The notes below the pieces were generated by a model, which was given only the letters and a program-made list of their open reading frames with translations, did not search any database and was not told where the DNA came from. Of a stretch of DNA of 30,159 nt, positions 11,095-20,633 are shown piece by piece. Origin of the DNA: Candidatus Zixiibacteriota bacterium (GTDB taxonomy: Bacteria; Zixibacteria; MSB-5A5; WJJR01); contig JAVHPP010000145.1 of NCBI GenBank assembly GCA_036170655.1, positions 1 to 30,159 on the forward strand, written 5' to 3'. Every line of letters begins with the position of its first letter. Position 1 is the stretch's first letter. A program made the position numbers and the translations under genes.

Positions 11095-11514
11095 CCCAGC
11101 CGTGCGCCCCAAACGTGAATGAAAGATCGCCGCTTCAATCTAATGGATGACACTTCCCCATTCAACTTCTCTCGTGGTCTCCCGCCGGACAAATCCGCAA
11201 GGGCGACACGCCGCCGTAATCTGTCAATTTCACACGCCGTCTCGCACCACGCCTGAGTCGCGGGCGGTCTCAGACTCGGTGACTGGTCTGTGACCTCCCC
11301 CCATCCCAACCTTCATACGCATGTACGGGCAGTGGAGGCCGGAGACGGTCGCCCCCCAGGTCAGATTCTTCAACGGGGGACGATGTCCCTTCCGTGTCCC
11401 GACAGGGTCAGAAAAAGCAATTGCCGTCTGGCCGACTACATTATAGCTTGGAGTCCGAACGTTTCCAAAGTGGTTGGCGACACACAGTGACTTACAGGTG
11501 AAAAGGAGCACGCC

Positions 11515-11628
11515 ATGGGAGACAAGGGTGGCAAGAAGAACAAGTCCAAGAGCCAGAAACAGAAAACCAGGAAACAGCAAGAAAAGGTGAAAGGTCCTCT
11601 GGATAAGCAACAGACAAGAACTCCGTGA
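11515..11628 (+). CDS. Small Lys/Gln-rich protein, 37 aa (MGDKGGKKNKSKSQKQKTRKQQEKVKGPLDKQQTRTP)
   Basis: AAGGAG SD 6 nt before ATG; purine-rich coding-like composition; below the ORF-track cutoff. Confidence 0.7.
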   Translation: MGDKGGKKNKSKSQKQKTRKQQEKVKGPLDKQQTRTP

Positions 11629-11792
11629 CCGGAGACCCACGTATCGCAATGCCGGTGTAATCAGGCACAGGTCTCCTGGCTTCGAGTCCAAACCCGTCTG
11701 AATAGTGTGGCGGCGTGCAACGGGCTCTTGGCCCCTTGAGCTGTCGCTGTGGCCAGTTCTGGAAAGAGCCCAATATGGGAAAGGGGAGAACC

Positions 11793-13229
11793 ATGAAGAA
11801 ATCGGCCTCGACCGTTGCCGCCGCATTGTGTGTTGCCATAGCGTTAATTGCGACCGGCATCGCTGATCCGGCACACCCGATGAAAGAATCGGCGTTGCTG
11901 CAAAGTTCTCTGCGCTATGAACGGGTGCTCACCACGCCCGCAGACTTTCCGCCTTCGCAACGCACTCTGCTGGCTTTGACTCTTGCGGCTGCCGAGTCAC
12001 AGCCGATTGATCCGTCGGAATTCCTGAGTGTGTACCAGCAGGCAGGTACGTTACTGTCCTACCACAAGATTTCAGACACGAGCTACACGTGGGATGGAGC
12101 GCAATGGGTGAACGATCACCGCACCACGTATACTTACGGAGCCGGTAGCCGGCTCACGGATGAGACCAGCCAGACTTGGAGCGGGACGCAGTGGGACAAC
12201 TCCACGAAGCAGATGTACACATATGACGGCAACGGCCGATTGAGCACCATGACTTGGCAGCACTGGCAGTCGAGTGCGTGGGTGAATGTGGCCATGCTTA
12301 CCTACTCGTATGATGGCGGCGGCAATATGATCGGGATGGTCGCACAAACCTGGCAAACGAGTGTCTGGGTCAATTCCTCCAATACGATAATGACCTATTC
12401 CGGCGGGCGACTCGCGACCTCGACGACGCAGACCTGGCAGGCAAGCGCCTGGGTGAACTCCAGTCTGATCACCTACACATACGATGGCGGCGGTCACATA
12501 ACGCAAATGTTGATGCAGAACTGGCAGGGTGGCGTCTGGGTCAATCAGTCGTTGTATACCTTCACCTACGACGTCGACTGGCGGGAGACCCAGTCTTTGA
12601 CTCAGATATGGTCCGGCGGTGTTTGGGGCAACGCCACAAAGAGCGATTATTCGTATGATGGCTCCGGCAATGAGATACTGGCCGTCCAGTCAATGTGGGA
12701 CTCTGTAATTTGGATGGCGACCGACGCAGACACGTCCAAGTACTCAGGCGGTTATCTTGTCGAGAGCGTGGATTTGAACGTTCTGTTCAATACGTTAACC
12801 AGCACCCAGTACACTCATGATGGGCTGGGCAATCTGATTGCGGATCTTCAGCAGGGTTCGCCTGTCGGCGGTTCCTGGACGAACGAATCGCGGAATGCTT
12901 ACGTCTACGAATCGTATGTGGATGTGGCAGTGGGTGGCGAGGACGTACCGCTAACATTTGAATTGGCTCAGAATTACCCGAATCCGTTCAACCCGAGCAC
13001 GGTCATCAGCTACTCCCTTGCGCGCGACTGTCATGTCCAGGTGGTAATCTCCAACATCTTGGGGCAGATGGTGACCACCGTGGTCGATGCGGACCAGACT
13101 GTTGGACTCCATAGCGCCGTTTGGAATGGTCTGGATGACCGCGGGATGCATGTACCCAGCGGCATCTACCTGTTCCGTGTGCAGGCCGGTGACTTCGCGC
13201 AAGTCAGGAAGATGGTTCTGCTGAAGTAA
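11793..13229 (+). CDS. Secreted protein with ~29-aa W-x-N...Y-T-Y-D repeats and C-terminal FlgD-Ig/T9SS-type sorting-like domain
   Basis: Signal peptide MKKSASTVAAALCVA; about 7 clear repeats; ELAQNYPNPFNPSTVISY...SGIYLFRV...KMVLLK. Confidence 0.88.
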   Translation: MKKSASTVAAALCVAIALIATGIADPAHPMKESALLQSSLRYERVLTTPADFPPSQRTLLALTLAAAESQPIDPSEFLSVYQQAGTLLSYHKISDTSYTWDGAQWVNDHRTTYTYGAGSRLTDETSQTWSGTQWDNSTKQMYTYDGNGRLSTMTWQHWQSSAWVNVAMLTYSYDGGGNMIGMVAQTWQTSVWVNSSNTIMTYSGGRLATSTTQTWQASAWVNSSLITYTYDGGGHITQMLMQNWQGGVWVNQSLYTFTYDVDWRETQSLTQIWSGGVWGNATKSDYSYDGSGNEILAVQSMWDSVIWMATDADTSKYSGGYLVESVDLNVLFNTLTSTQYTHDGLGNLIADLQQGSPVGGSWTNESRNAYVYESYVDVAVGGEDVPLTFELAQNYPNPFNPSTVISYSLARDCHVQVVISNILGQMVTTVVDADQTVGLHSAVWNGLDDRGMHVPSGIYLFRVQAGDFAQVRKMVLLK

Positions 13230-13357
13230 ATCGGACAGAGGACGGACTTTGCAATCGCTTGCGCCCCACAGTTCTGCTGCGGGTTGCTTCGGTCCTCCTA
13301 TGCTTGACGTCTCAAAGCGCGGCGAATATCAGTGCCACGTGGAAGATGATTGCGCCA

Positions 13358-15244
13358 TCACGCGTCTTGCAGCGATGGCGTGCGCTTCTTCTCTAAGCGC
13401 CGACGCTTGTCGGCGTCGAGGATGGCTTTGCGCATGCGGATGGACTTCGGGGTAACCTCGACCAGCTCGTCTTCCGCGATCCATTCGAGCGCCTGGTCCA
13501 GCGTCATCTTGCGGGGGGTGTCTAAGACCGCGCTTTGATCCTTGTTCGAAGCGCGGTGGTTGGTGAGGGCCTTGCGCTTGGTGGGATTGCAGGTGAGATC
13601 ATCGGGGCGAGCGCTCTCGCCGACGATCTGTCCCGCATAGACCACCTGCATGGGGTCCACAAACAGAGTGGTCCGTTCCTGGAGCTTATCCATCTGGTAT
13701 GAAGTGACCGGCCCCGTTGCCATGCTGATCAGCGAGCCACGGAAACGTGAGATGATTTCACCCTTCCAGGGGCCATAGCCGGAGAAACGCGACGTCATAA
13801 TGCCCAGCCCGCGTGTGTCGGTGAGAAAATCGGTTCGGTATCCGATCAGGCCGCGCGTGGGAATGGAGAACTCCAGGCGGACGAGCCCGGTGCCGGTGTT
13901 TTCCATGTGGACGATGTCGCCCTTCCGCCGGGCCATTTTCTCCATGATCACGCCCTGGTATTCCCCGGGAACATCGATGATGAGCTGCTCCATCGGCTCG
14001 AGCACGCTGCCGTCCGGGCCAACGCGAGTAATCACTTCCGGACGGGATACACACAGTTCGATACCCTCGCGCCGCATCTCCTCAATCAGAATGGCCAAAT
14101 GCAATTCACCGCGCCCGGAGACTTTCACGCCGTCGGCGCGGCCGATGTCCTCGACGCGCAGCGCGACATTCGTGCGCACCTCACGCTGCAGCCGGTCCTT
14201 CAGCTGCCGCAGCATGATCGCCCGGCCTTCGTTTCCGGCGAACGGTCCATTATTCACAAGGAAAAACATGGAGACGGTCGGTTCCTCGATCTCCAGCGGT
14301 TTAAGCGCCGGATTTTCGAGTCCCACGGCGGAAAAAGTGTCGCCAATGCCGATCTCATTGGGACCCGCAAGCCAAACGATATCGCCGGCGGAAATTTCCT
14401 CGACTTTGACGCGATCAAGCCCGCGCGTTACCCACATGTGTGTGCCCCGCTCGGTCGAGGCGGAAACAACATCCCAGCCGGCATCTTGGTTTCCAGAGTC
14501 GCGCCAGCGCGTGACCGTACGGACAAAATCAACGCCGCAAGCGAGATGGCCTTGAAGCACACGCCCACAACCGATCTGGCCGATGTAATCACTCCATGCC
14601 AGCGTGCTGATCTGCATCAGGAAAGGCGCCTCCGTATCGACTCCAGGCGCCGGTACGTGTTCGACGATGGTCTCGAACAGCGGCTCAACGCCGATGCGGG
14701 GATCATTTGCCAGATCACGCACAAGCCAGCCATCCAGGCCCGAACCATACAGAACCGGGAAATGCGCCTGCGCGTCATTGGCGCCCAATTCAATAAACAA
14801 ATCGAATGTCTTGTTGAGTGTGTCGTTGGGTCTCGAATTGGGGCGATCAACTTTATTGATGATCACGATCGGACGCAGCCCCAGTCGCAATGCGCGCATG
14901 AGAACGTATCGGGTCTGCGGCATCGGCCCCTCGTTGGCATCCACCAACAGGAGAACGGAATCCACCATGGATAAAACCCGCTCGACCTCGCCGGAGAAGT
15001 CGGCGTGGCCAGGGGTGTCGATGATGTTGATCAGGTAGTCGTGCCAGTTGACGGTGCAGTGCTTGGCACGAATGGTGATGCCGCGTTCACGTTCGAGGTC
15101 GTAGCTGTCCATCAGCCGGTCGGCGACCTGTTCATTGTCACGGAAGAGGTGCGCGGCGCGGAAAATCGAATCGATCAGCGTGGTCTTGCCGTGATCAATG
15201 TGCGCAATAATGGCGAGATTGCGAATCTGTTTGGCTGTCGTCAT
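13358..15244 (-). CDS. typA: Translational GTPase TypA/BipA
   Basis: IRNLAIIAHIDHGKTT, ERERGITI, DTPGHADF, NKVD, GRGELHL, RGLIG, DELVEVTPKSIRMRK. Confidence 0.97.
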   Translation of the reverse strand: MTTAKQIRNLAIIAHIDHGKTTLIDSIFRAAHLFRDNEQVADRLMDSYDLERERGITIRAKHCTVNWHDYLINIIDTPGHADFSGEVERVLSMVDSVLLLVDANEGPMPQTRYVLMRALRLGLRPIVIINKVDRPNSRPNDTLNKTFDLFIELGANDAQAHFPVLYGSGLDGWLVRDLANDPRIGVEPLFETIVEHVPAPGVDTEAPFLMQISTLAWSDYIGQIGCGRVLQGHLACGVDFVRTVTRWRDSGNQDAGWDVVSASTERGTHMWVTRGLDRVKVEEISAGDIVWLAGPNEIGIGDTFSAVGLENPALKPLEIEEPTVSMFFLVNNGPFAGNEGRAIMLRQLKDRLQREVRTNVALRVEDIGRADGVKVSGRGELHLAILIEEMRREGIELCVSRPEVITRVGPDGSVLEPMEQLIIDVPGEYQGVIMEKMARRKGDIVHMENTGTGLVRLEFSIPTRGLIGYRTDFLTDTRGLGIMTSRFSGYGPWKGEIISRFRGSLISMATGPVTSYQMDKLQERTTLFVDPMQVVYAGQIVGESARPDDLTCNPTKRKALTNHRASNKDQSAVLDTPRKMTLDQALEWIAEDELVEVTPKSIRMRKAILDADKRRRLEKKRTPSLQDA

Positions 15245-15651
15245 GAGCGATCGGGTTCCTGTCTGCGAACATTGTGTCACCGCAGCTGCATCCCCTGAAC
15301 AGGGATGGCCGAGGCCTTCCGGTTTGCCTGTGTTTTGATCGGAGAAGGAGCAGCACAAATGTGACGTCTGCGGGAATCTTTGATCAAAGCATTGAAATGT
15401 GTCTCATTTCCTCCTCAGACAACCAAGACGATGCTAATACGTCATCCAAGCGGATTTTGCGGGGTGTTTTTAGACCCACTGGGACACCATGGCACCCAGA
15501 AGAGTCCACGTCGGCCCCTCCCGTGCCCTTCCTTATGCCTCTGGAGTAGCCCCAAACACGAGCGGGGCGCCATCAGACACCATCGCTCTCAGGCACAAGC
15601 TCCACGTCACGACCGGGAATTCGGCCGACGATTGTGTTGCGGCCCCCCGGC

Positions 15652-15784
15652 CTGTTGAAAAACCCAGCGACCGGCCCATACCTGAAGATGCCCCCCCGCG
15701 AAAGCGGGGGGCCATGGGGATAGGAAAACGAGAAAATGGATTCCCCGCGTTCGCGGGAATGACGATTGGAGGGTTCTTCAACAG
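15652..15784. mobile_element. MITE-like element (133 bp) with terminal inverted repeats and internal REP-like hairpins
   Basis: CTGTTGAAAAACCC / GGGTTCTTCAACAG (13/14 inverted match); internal GC hairpin with GAAA loop and ATTCCC-N9-GGGAAT. Confidence 0.7.
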
Positions 15785-15825
15785 CCCCTCCCTCCGGTCA
15801 GCTCCCGGGGTTCGCCCGTGGATGT

Positions 15826-16947
15826 TTAATCAATGGCCTTCGAGTCAATCACGTTCCTGGCCATTTCAATACTGACTGATTCCTCGGTGAGCACCGGTCG
15901 GCTATACTCGTAAGTGAGCGCCGTTTCGAGGACAAACTGGGATGCCCATTCGGGTATGTCGAAGGTGAAGTGCTCCGTCCGCGACTCCTTGGGACCGATT
16001 CGGTTGTCCGCGTAGACACGCGTGGCCGCCACAAACATATCGGCAACGTTCTCAATTATTGCGCCATACTTGTCGCAGAGCACTTTCCGGTACACTTTGC
16101 GGCCTGACGCGATCTCGGCGCCCTGCGGGGTCTTCAGGACCACGTGGAGCACCACTTTCCGAACGGGAATCCCGGTTGGCAATTTGTGACCCGATTCCGC
16201 ATTGGTGACGGTTACCGCGACATTTAATGTCCGTCCGTCCCTGGTGGCGTGCGTCTCGAGTGTGGCGGCGTGCGCGAGGTTGATAGTGGAATGGCCGCCC
16301 CGGAACTCATGGGCTGTCACATAGTAATTGGGAATATCACTGCGATCAACCACCTTCAGGTCATACATGATCGGCATGTGGCAGTTCTGACAGTGAACCT
16401 CATTACCCGGATATGGGGATGCCCTCCATTCGCTGTATGTCTCCAGCAGCATCACGCCGCTGGCGTTTGCAAATTCATGGCAGCCGGCGCACAGTTCGGA
16501 GCGGCGGTGCAGCTCGGAGTATTGCACCTGATGTCCCGACGGTTGCACGGGGGGATAGGGTCCATAAGCGATGCCCCCCGTGTCGAGATTGTAATAGGTT
16601 TCGGAGGCGCCGGCATTGACAGACGAAATCGAATGGCAGAAGGAGCAGGAGACGCCTTCAGCAGCCAGCGGCGAGTTGGGATCGGAATCGTGACTCAGAT
16701 AGGCTGTAGGCGCATGGCAGCGCAGGCACAATCGGGTTGAGTCCCTGCCTATCTCGAGCATGAGCTTCATGTAGGCGGCCTGAAACGGCGGATCGGAATA
16801 GGACTGCCCGTGCAGGGAATGCTTCCACAATTCGAAGATGTTGCTGTGACACCCCTGGCAGACCTTAAACGACGCCAAACCCGCATCAGCGCCGACGGCC
16901 GTCACGATGGCAAGAATCAGCAAGACGACCAAGACTGTGCGCCACAT
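15826..16947 (-). CDS. Pentaheme c-type cytochrome (c554/c552-like N-terminus, Ig-like C-terminal extension)
   Basis: Signal peptide; CQGCH, CLRCH, CSFCH, CAGCH, CQNCH; WKHSLH and GHKLPTG motifs. Confidence 0.9.
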   Translation of the reverse strand: MWRTVLVVLLILAIVTAVGADAGLASFKVCQGCHSNIFELWKHSLHGQSYSDPPFQAAYMKLMLEIGRDSTRLCLRCHAPTAYLSHDSDPNSPLAAEGVSCSFCHSISSVNAGASETYYNLDTGGIAYGPYPPVQPSGHQVQYSELHRRSELCAGCHEFANASGVMLLETYSEWRASPYPGNEVHCQNCHMPIMYDLKVVDRSDIPNYYVTAHEFRGGHSTINLAHAATLETHATRDGRTLNVAVTVTNAESGHKLPTGIPVRKVVLHVVLKTPQGAEIASGRKVYRKVLCDKYGAIIENVADMFVAATRVYADNRIGPKESRTEHFTFDIPEWASQFVLETALTYEYSRPVLTEESVSIEMARNVIDSKAID

Positions 16948-16961
16948 GGTCAATCCCCCGG

Positions 16962-18089
16962 TCAGAAGGGTGAAATGACATCCTCGTGAACGAAACGGCC
17001 ATCGACCGCTTTGAGAATATGGACATCCTTGAGAACATCACGTTTCTCGTTGATCGAGATTACTCCGGTCACACCATGGTATCGATCCGTGGATACGAGG
17101 GCTTGCTGCACACCGTCTCGCGAGATCGTTGTGGCGCGTCGCAGGGCATCCGCCAAGACCATGACCGCGTCATAACCAAGCGCCGAGACTGCGTTGGGTG
17201 GCTCGCCATAAACGCGCCGGAACGATTCCACGAACTGCGAACCCTTCTCCCGCTGAAGCTCGAGGGAAAAGTGGCTGCTGATATAGATCTGTCCCGAGCG
17301 AACACTCGCCCCTGTTAGCCGAAAGAGTTCCGGCGATTCCCAACCATCGCCGCCCAAAACCGTTACCGGGGACTTGATTGCGGCCAGCTGATTGATGATC
17401 GTGGCCGCCTCGGGGTAGTAGACAGGCGCGAACAGCAGATCGGGATTTGCTTTCACCGCGCGCCGGACAAGATCGTCCAGCCCCGCAGCCCCGTGTCCAA
17501 ACCCCTCGTTGAAGACGACAGTCCCCCGCAGGTCATTGAATTGCGAGACGTAGAACTCGGCCAGCTTCTCGGAGTATGATGAACCCTTCTCGTAGATCAC
17601 GGCAACCCGCTCGGATCTCAGGTGGTTCCGCGAGAACTGCGCCAAGGCCTTGCTTTGCAGCGGATCAGTGAAGCAGATACGGCAGACATATTCCCCGATT
17701 TCGGTCACATAGGGGCTCGTCGCCACGGGAAGAACAAGCGGCGTTCGAGCTTGCTGCGCAACCGTGCCCGCGGCCGCTGCATCGGTGGAGGTGATCGGCC
17801 CCACGATGGCCAGAAGTTGCTGGTTGTTGACCAAACTGGCGACTGCCTCCGACGTGGTAACTGGGTTGCCGGCGTTATCGCGGACAATCAGGTTCAGCGT
17901 GTTACCCTTGACACCGCCTGCCGCGTTGATCTCCTCCGCGGCCAAATTGATGCCGCGCAGCGCCTCTGTCCCATAATTCGAGGTCGGCCCGCTCAGTGGG
18001 AGAACAACACCGACCGACACAGAACGCTCTTCCGCATGACCGCTCGACACGGCCGCAACAATACCGATGATGGCCAGTATCCGTCTCAT
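16962..18089 (-). CDS. Type 1 periplasmic binding protein, LivJ/LivK-like
   Basis: Signal peptide; VGVVLPLSG..YG, INAAGGVKG, FRI-like CRICFTD, GGDGW, GYDAV, GVTGVI. Confidence 0.92.
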   Translation of the reverse strand: MRRILAIIGIVAAVSSGHAEERSVSVGVVLPLSGPTSNYGTEALRGINLAAEEINAAGGVKGNTLNLIVRDNAGNPVTTSEAVASLVNNQQLLAIVGPITSTDAAAAGTVAQQARTPLVLPVATSPYVTEIGEYVCRICFTDPLQSKALAQFSRNHLRSERVAVIYEKGSSYSEKLAEFYVSQFNDLRGTVVFNEGFGHGAAGLDDLVRRAVKANPDLLFAPVYYPEAATIINQLAAIKSPVTVLGGDGWESPELFRLTGASVRSGQIYISSHFSLELQREKGSQFVESFRRVYGEPPNAVSALGYDAVMVLADALRRATTISRDGVQQALVSTDRYHGVTGVISINEKRDVLKDVHILKAVDGRFVHEDVISPF

Positions 18090-18120
18090 GCCCGCTCCGC
18101 TCTTTGCTGCCCAATAGCCA

Positions 18121-19296
18121 CTATCGAGTTCCGTTGCGCCGTATGTATTCCATTAAATCGTTCATTTCCCCTGGCCCAAACCGGGGCCATTCCATTTTCT
18201 TTTGGGTCATCATCGCTGACATTGCCTGTCCGTTGTTCCACATATCGGCCACGATATCCATTTTGGTCCGTTCAACTCCGGGACGTGACAGATTGAAGGA
18301 ACTATCGGGACCGTTCTCGCCAAAATAGTGGCATTTCTCACACCCCTTCTGGCGGAACAGCATCTCGCCACGGAGCGAATCGCCGGCGGGATCGAGAAAC
18401 CGCAGGAAGTAGACAAATGCTGTCAGGTCGGCCATCTCGTTTCCATCAAACGTGCGTCCTTTCACGTCGATTTCTTCCATGCGCTTCCACATCACGGGAC
18501 CGTGGTTCCACATGACCGCGGCAATCGCGCTTGCGGTCTTGTGAAATTTGCTCTTGGATAGATCCGGACCAATCGGCGTTCCGATATCAAAGATCCGGTG
18601 GCACGCGATGCACCCTTTCTCCTGAAACAACTGTTCACCCGCCTGGGGATTCCCAGGGCGCATGAACACACGTGTCGGATCAGTAACCGGAGACGCATCC
18701 CGGAGAAACGCCATCAAATCCGCCATCTCAGAACCGTCAAAGTGCGGCCACGCGATGCCCAGTTCATTCATCTTCGCCTTGATGCGGGGACCGTGATTCC
18801 ACATCATCTGCGCCAGAAAGATCGGCGAGACATACTTCTTGATTGGCGCCAAATCAGGCCCCACCGCCTTCCCCATCCCCGCGACCCGGTGGCAATTCAC
18901 ACACCCCTTCTCCGAGAAGGTGCGCATCCCGCGGCCAATGTCGCCGGGCTTGTCAAAATAACTGATATAGTATGTGTACGCCGCGAGTTCCGTCAGATCC
19001 GCACTGCTCAGAACCGGCCGCGCCACATGCAGGTCCGTCATGATCCCGCTCATTTGGGGCGAGTGATTCCACATCAGGGCAACAATGTCCAGGAGCGACC
19101 GGTCCAGATCGGATCGTGCCAGATCCGGACCAAATGTGCCCCCCTGTCCTTCAATAGAATGGCACCGGTCGCATGCTTTTTTCGTGAATTGCAACGCGCC
19201 GATCAACGGATCTGCGGGGAGATCGGCCCGGTTGAGATCCGAAGTCCAGCCGGTGTTAATCATTAAGGTCAGTGCAAGGAGAATGGCGATACGCAT
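18121..19296 (-). CDS. Tetraheme cytochrome c built from four class-I-like repeats
   Basis: CDRCH, CVNCH, CIACH, CEKCH, each followed by an MWN(H/N) motif (GPDL in three repeats); signal peptide. Confidence 0.9.
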   Translation of the reverse strand: MRIAILLALTLMINTGWTSDLNRADLPADPLIGALQFTKKACDRCHSIEGQGGTFGPDLARSDLDRSLLDIVALMWNHSPQMSGIMTDLHVARPVLSSADLTELAAYTYYISYFDKPGDIGRGMRTFSEKGCVNCHRVAGMGKAVGPDLAPIKKYVSPIFLAQMMWNHGPRIKAKMNELGIAWPHFDGSEMADLMAFLRDASPVTDPTRVFMRPGNPQAGEQLFQEKGCIACHRIFDIGTPIGPDLSKSKFHKTASAIAAVMWNHGPVMWKRMEEIDVKGRTFDGNEMADLTAFVYFLRFLDPAGDSLRGEMLFRQKGCEKCHYFGENGPDSSFNLSRPGVERTKMDIVADMWNNGQAMSAMMTQKKMEWPRFGPGEMNDLMEYIRRNGTR

Positions 19297-19310
19297 GTGT
19301 CGTCCTTCGC

Positions 19311-20633
19311 TCAGGCGGGAAGATATGTCTTGACCCGTTCGGCGGTCTGAGAGACAGACAGTTCACGCCCCTCTTTGATCTCCCAGACCGAGACGATCGG
19401 GAACACTTTCGTGAATGCCATGTAGAGCAGGACAAAGAAGGCAAGACACCCGGCGGTGATGGACCACTCAACCCAAGTGGGATGGTAAAGTCCCCGTGGG
19501 TAGGGGAGCCGGGGGTTGACCAGCGTTGGTACTACGATAGTAAATCGCTCCAGCCACATGCCGATCGTAATTGGAATGGAAGCGACCACGCAACCAACCA
19601 CAGTCCTCGTCTTCTTTCGGACAAGAACAACCAAAGGAATAACAAAACAGAAGAGAACCATGGCCCAGAACTGGGGTGCGAAGTGACCGGTCAACTTGGA
19701 GTAGAACACCGACATGTGAGTCGGCTCGGATCCATAGAACGTGGTCAGATACTCAGTGAACGTGAAGTAGAACCATAACAAAGTGAACACCAAAAGCAAC
19801 TTGCCCAGATTGTCGAACTGCACATTCTTAATATATCGTTCCAAGTGGTACACTTTCCGGATGATCGCCAGCGCCAGCAGGAGGGCGGCCATGCCGGAGT
19901 AGATCGCGCCAACCACAAAATAGGGCCCAAAAATGGTCGAGTGCCACATCGGCTGAACCGTCATGCCAAACACCCATGAGACCACCGTATGGACGGACAC
20001 CGCAACGGGTATGACGACGATCGCCATGATCGAGATGGCTCTCTCAAGGTGGTGCTTCTGCATGTCACTACCACTCCATCCGAATGACAGGAGGCGATAG
20101 AGCCACTGCGGATGCTTCCGCCGGTCGCGAAGAAGCGCGATGTCGGGGATCAACGGAAGAAGGAGGTAGATCGTGCTCGCGGTCAGATAAACACTGATGC
20201 TGGTCACATCCCACAGGAGCGGCGACCGGAATTGCCCATGCTTCAGGACATTCAACGCGCGATCTGGCCGCCCCAGATCCACAATGATGTTGAAGACTCC
20301 AAAAAACAACACCAGAACTGTGATCACTTCCGCCGCCCTGGTGATCGACCGTCTCCACTCCGCTTGGCACAGCCGCAGAATGGCGGAGATCAGTGTCCCC
20401 GCATGACTGATGCCAATGAAGAAGACGAAATTGGTGATATAGATACCCCAAAAGACGGGTCGGTTCATGCCGGTCACGCCGAGACCCGTGCTCCACTGGT
20501 GGTACCACACCCACACCGCAAACATCGCGATCGAAAAGAGAATCCCGATACTGATATAGAACCACTTGCCTGTCGTCATGATCGGACGAAGGAGCAGATC
20601 CTCATCGGTGCCGCTATATTTTGAATCGTCCAT
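19311..20633 (-). CDS. NrfD/PsrC-family integral membrane quinol-interacting subunit (ActC/QrcD-like)
   Basis: WGIYITNFVFFIGISHAGTLISAIL, DLGRP, SPLLWD, SVHTVVS, WHSTIF, WLERF; start at MDDS with GAGGGAG SD. Confidence 0.93.
   Translation of the reverse strand: MDDSKYSGTDEDLLLRPIMTTGKWFYISIGILFSIAMFAVWVWYHQWSTGLGVTGMNRPVFWGIYITNFVFFIGISHAGTLISAILRLCQAEWRRSITRAAEVITVLVLFFGVFNIIVDLGRPDRALNVLKHGQFRSPLLWDVTSISVYLTASTIYLLLPLIPDIALLRDRRKHPQWLYRLLSFGWSGSDMQKHHLERAISIMAIVVIPVAVSVHTVVSWVFGMTVQPMWHSTIFGPYFVVGAIYSGMAALLLALAIIRKVYHLERYIKNVQFDNLGKLLLVFTLLWFYFTFTEYLTTFYGSEPTHMSVFYSKLTGHFAPQFWAMVLFCFVIPLVVLVRKKTRTVVGCVVASIPITIGMWLERFTIVVPTLVNPRLPYPRGLYHPTWVEWSITAGCLAFFVLLYMAFTKVFPIVSVWEIKEGRELSVSQTAERVKTYLPA

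Noticed and set aside
12080..12720. Periodic sequence considered as CRISPR or Rhs toxin
   Set aside because: Degenerate in-frame protein repeats; no fixed DNA repeat, cas genes, Rhs core or toxin/immunity pair
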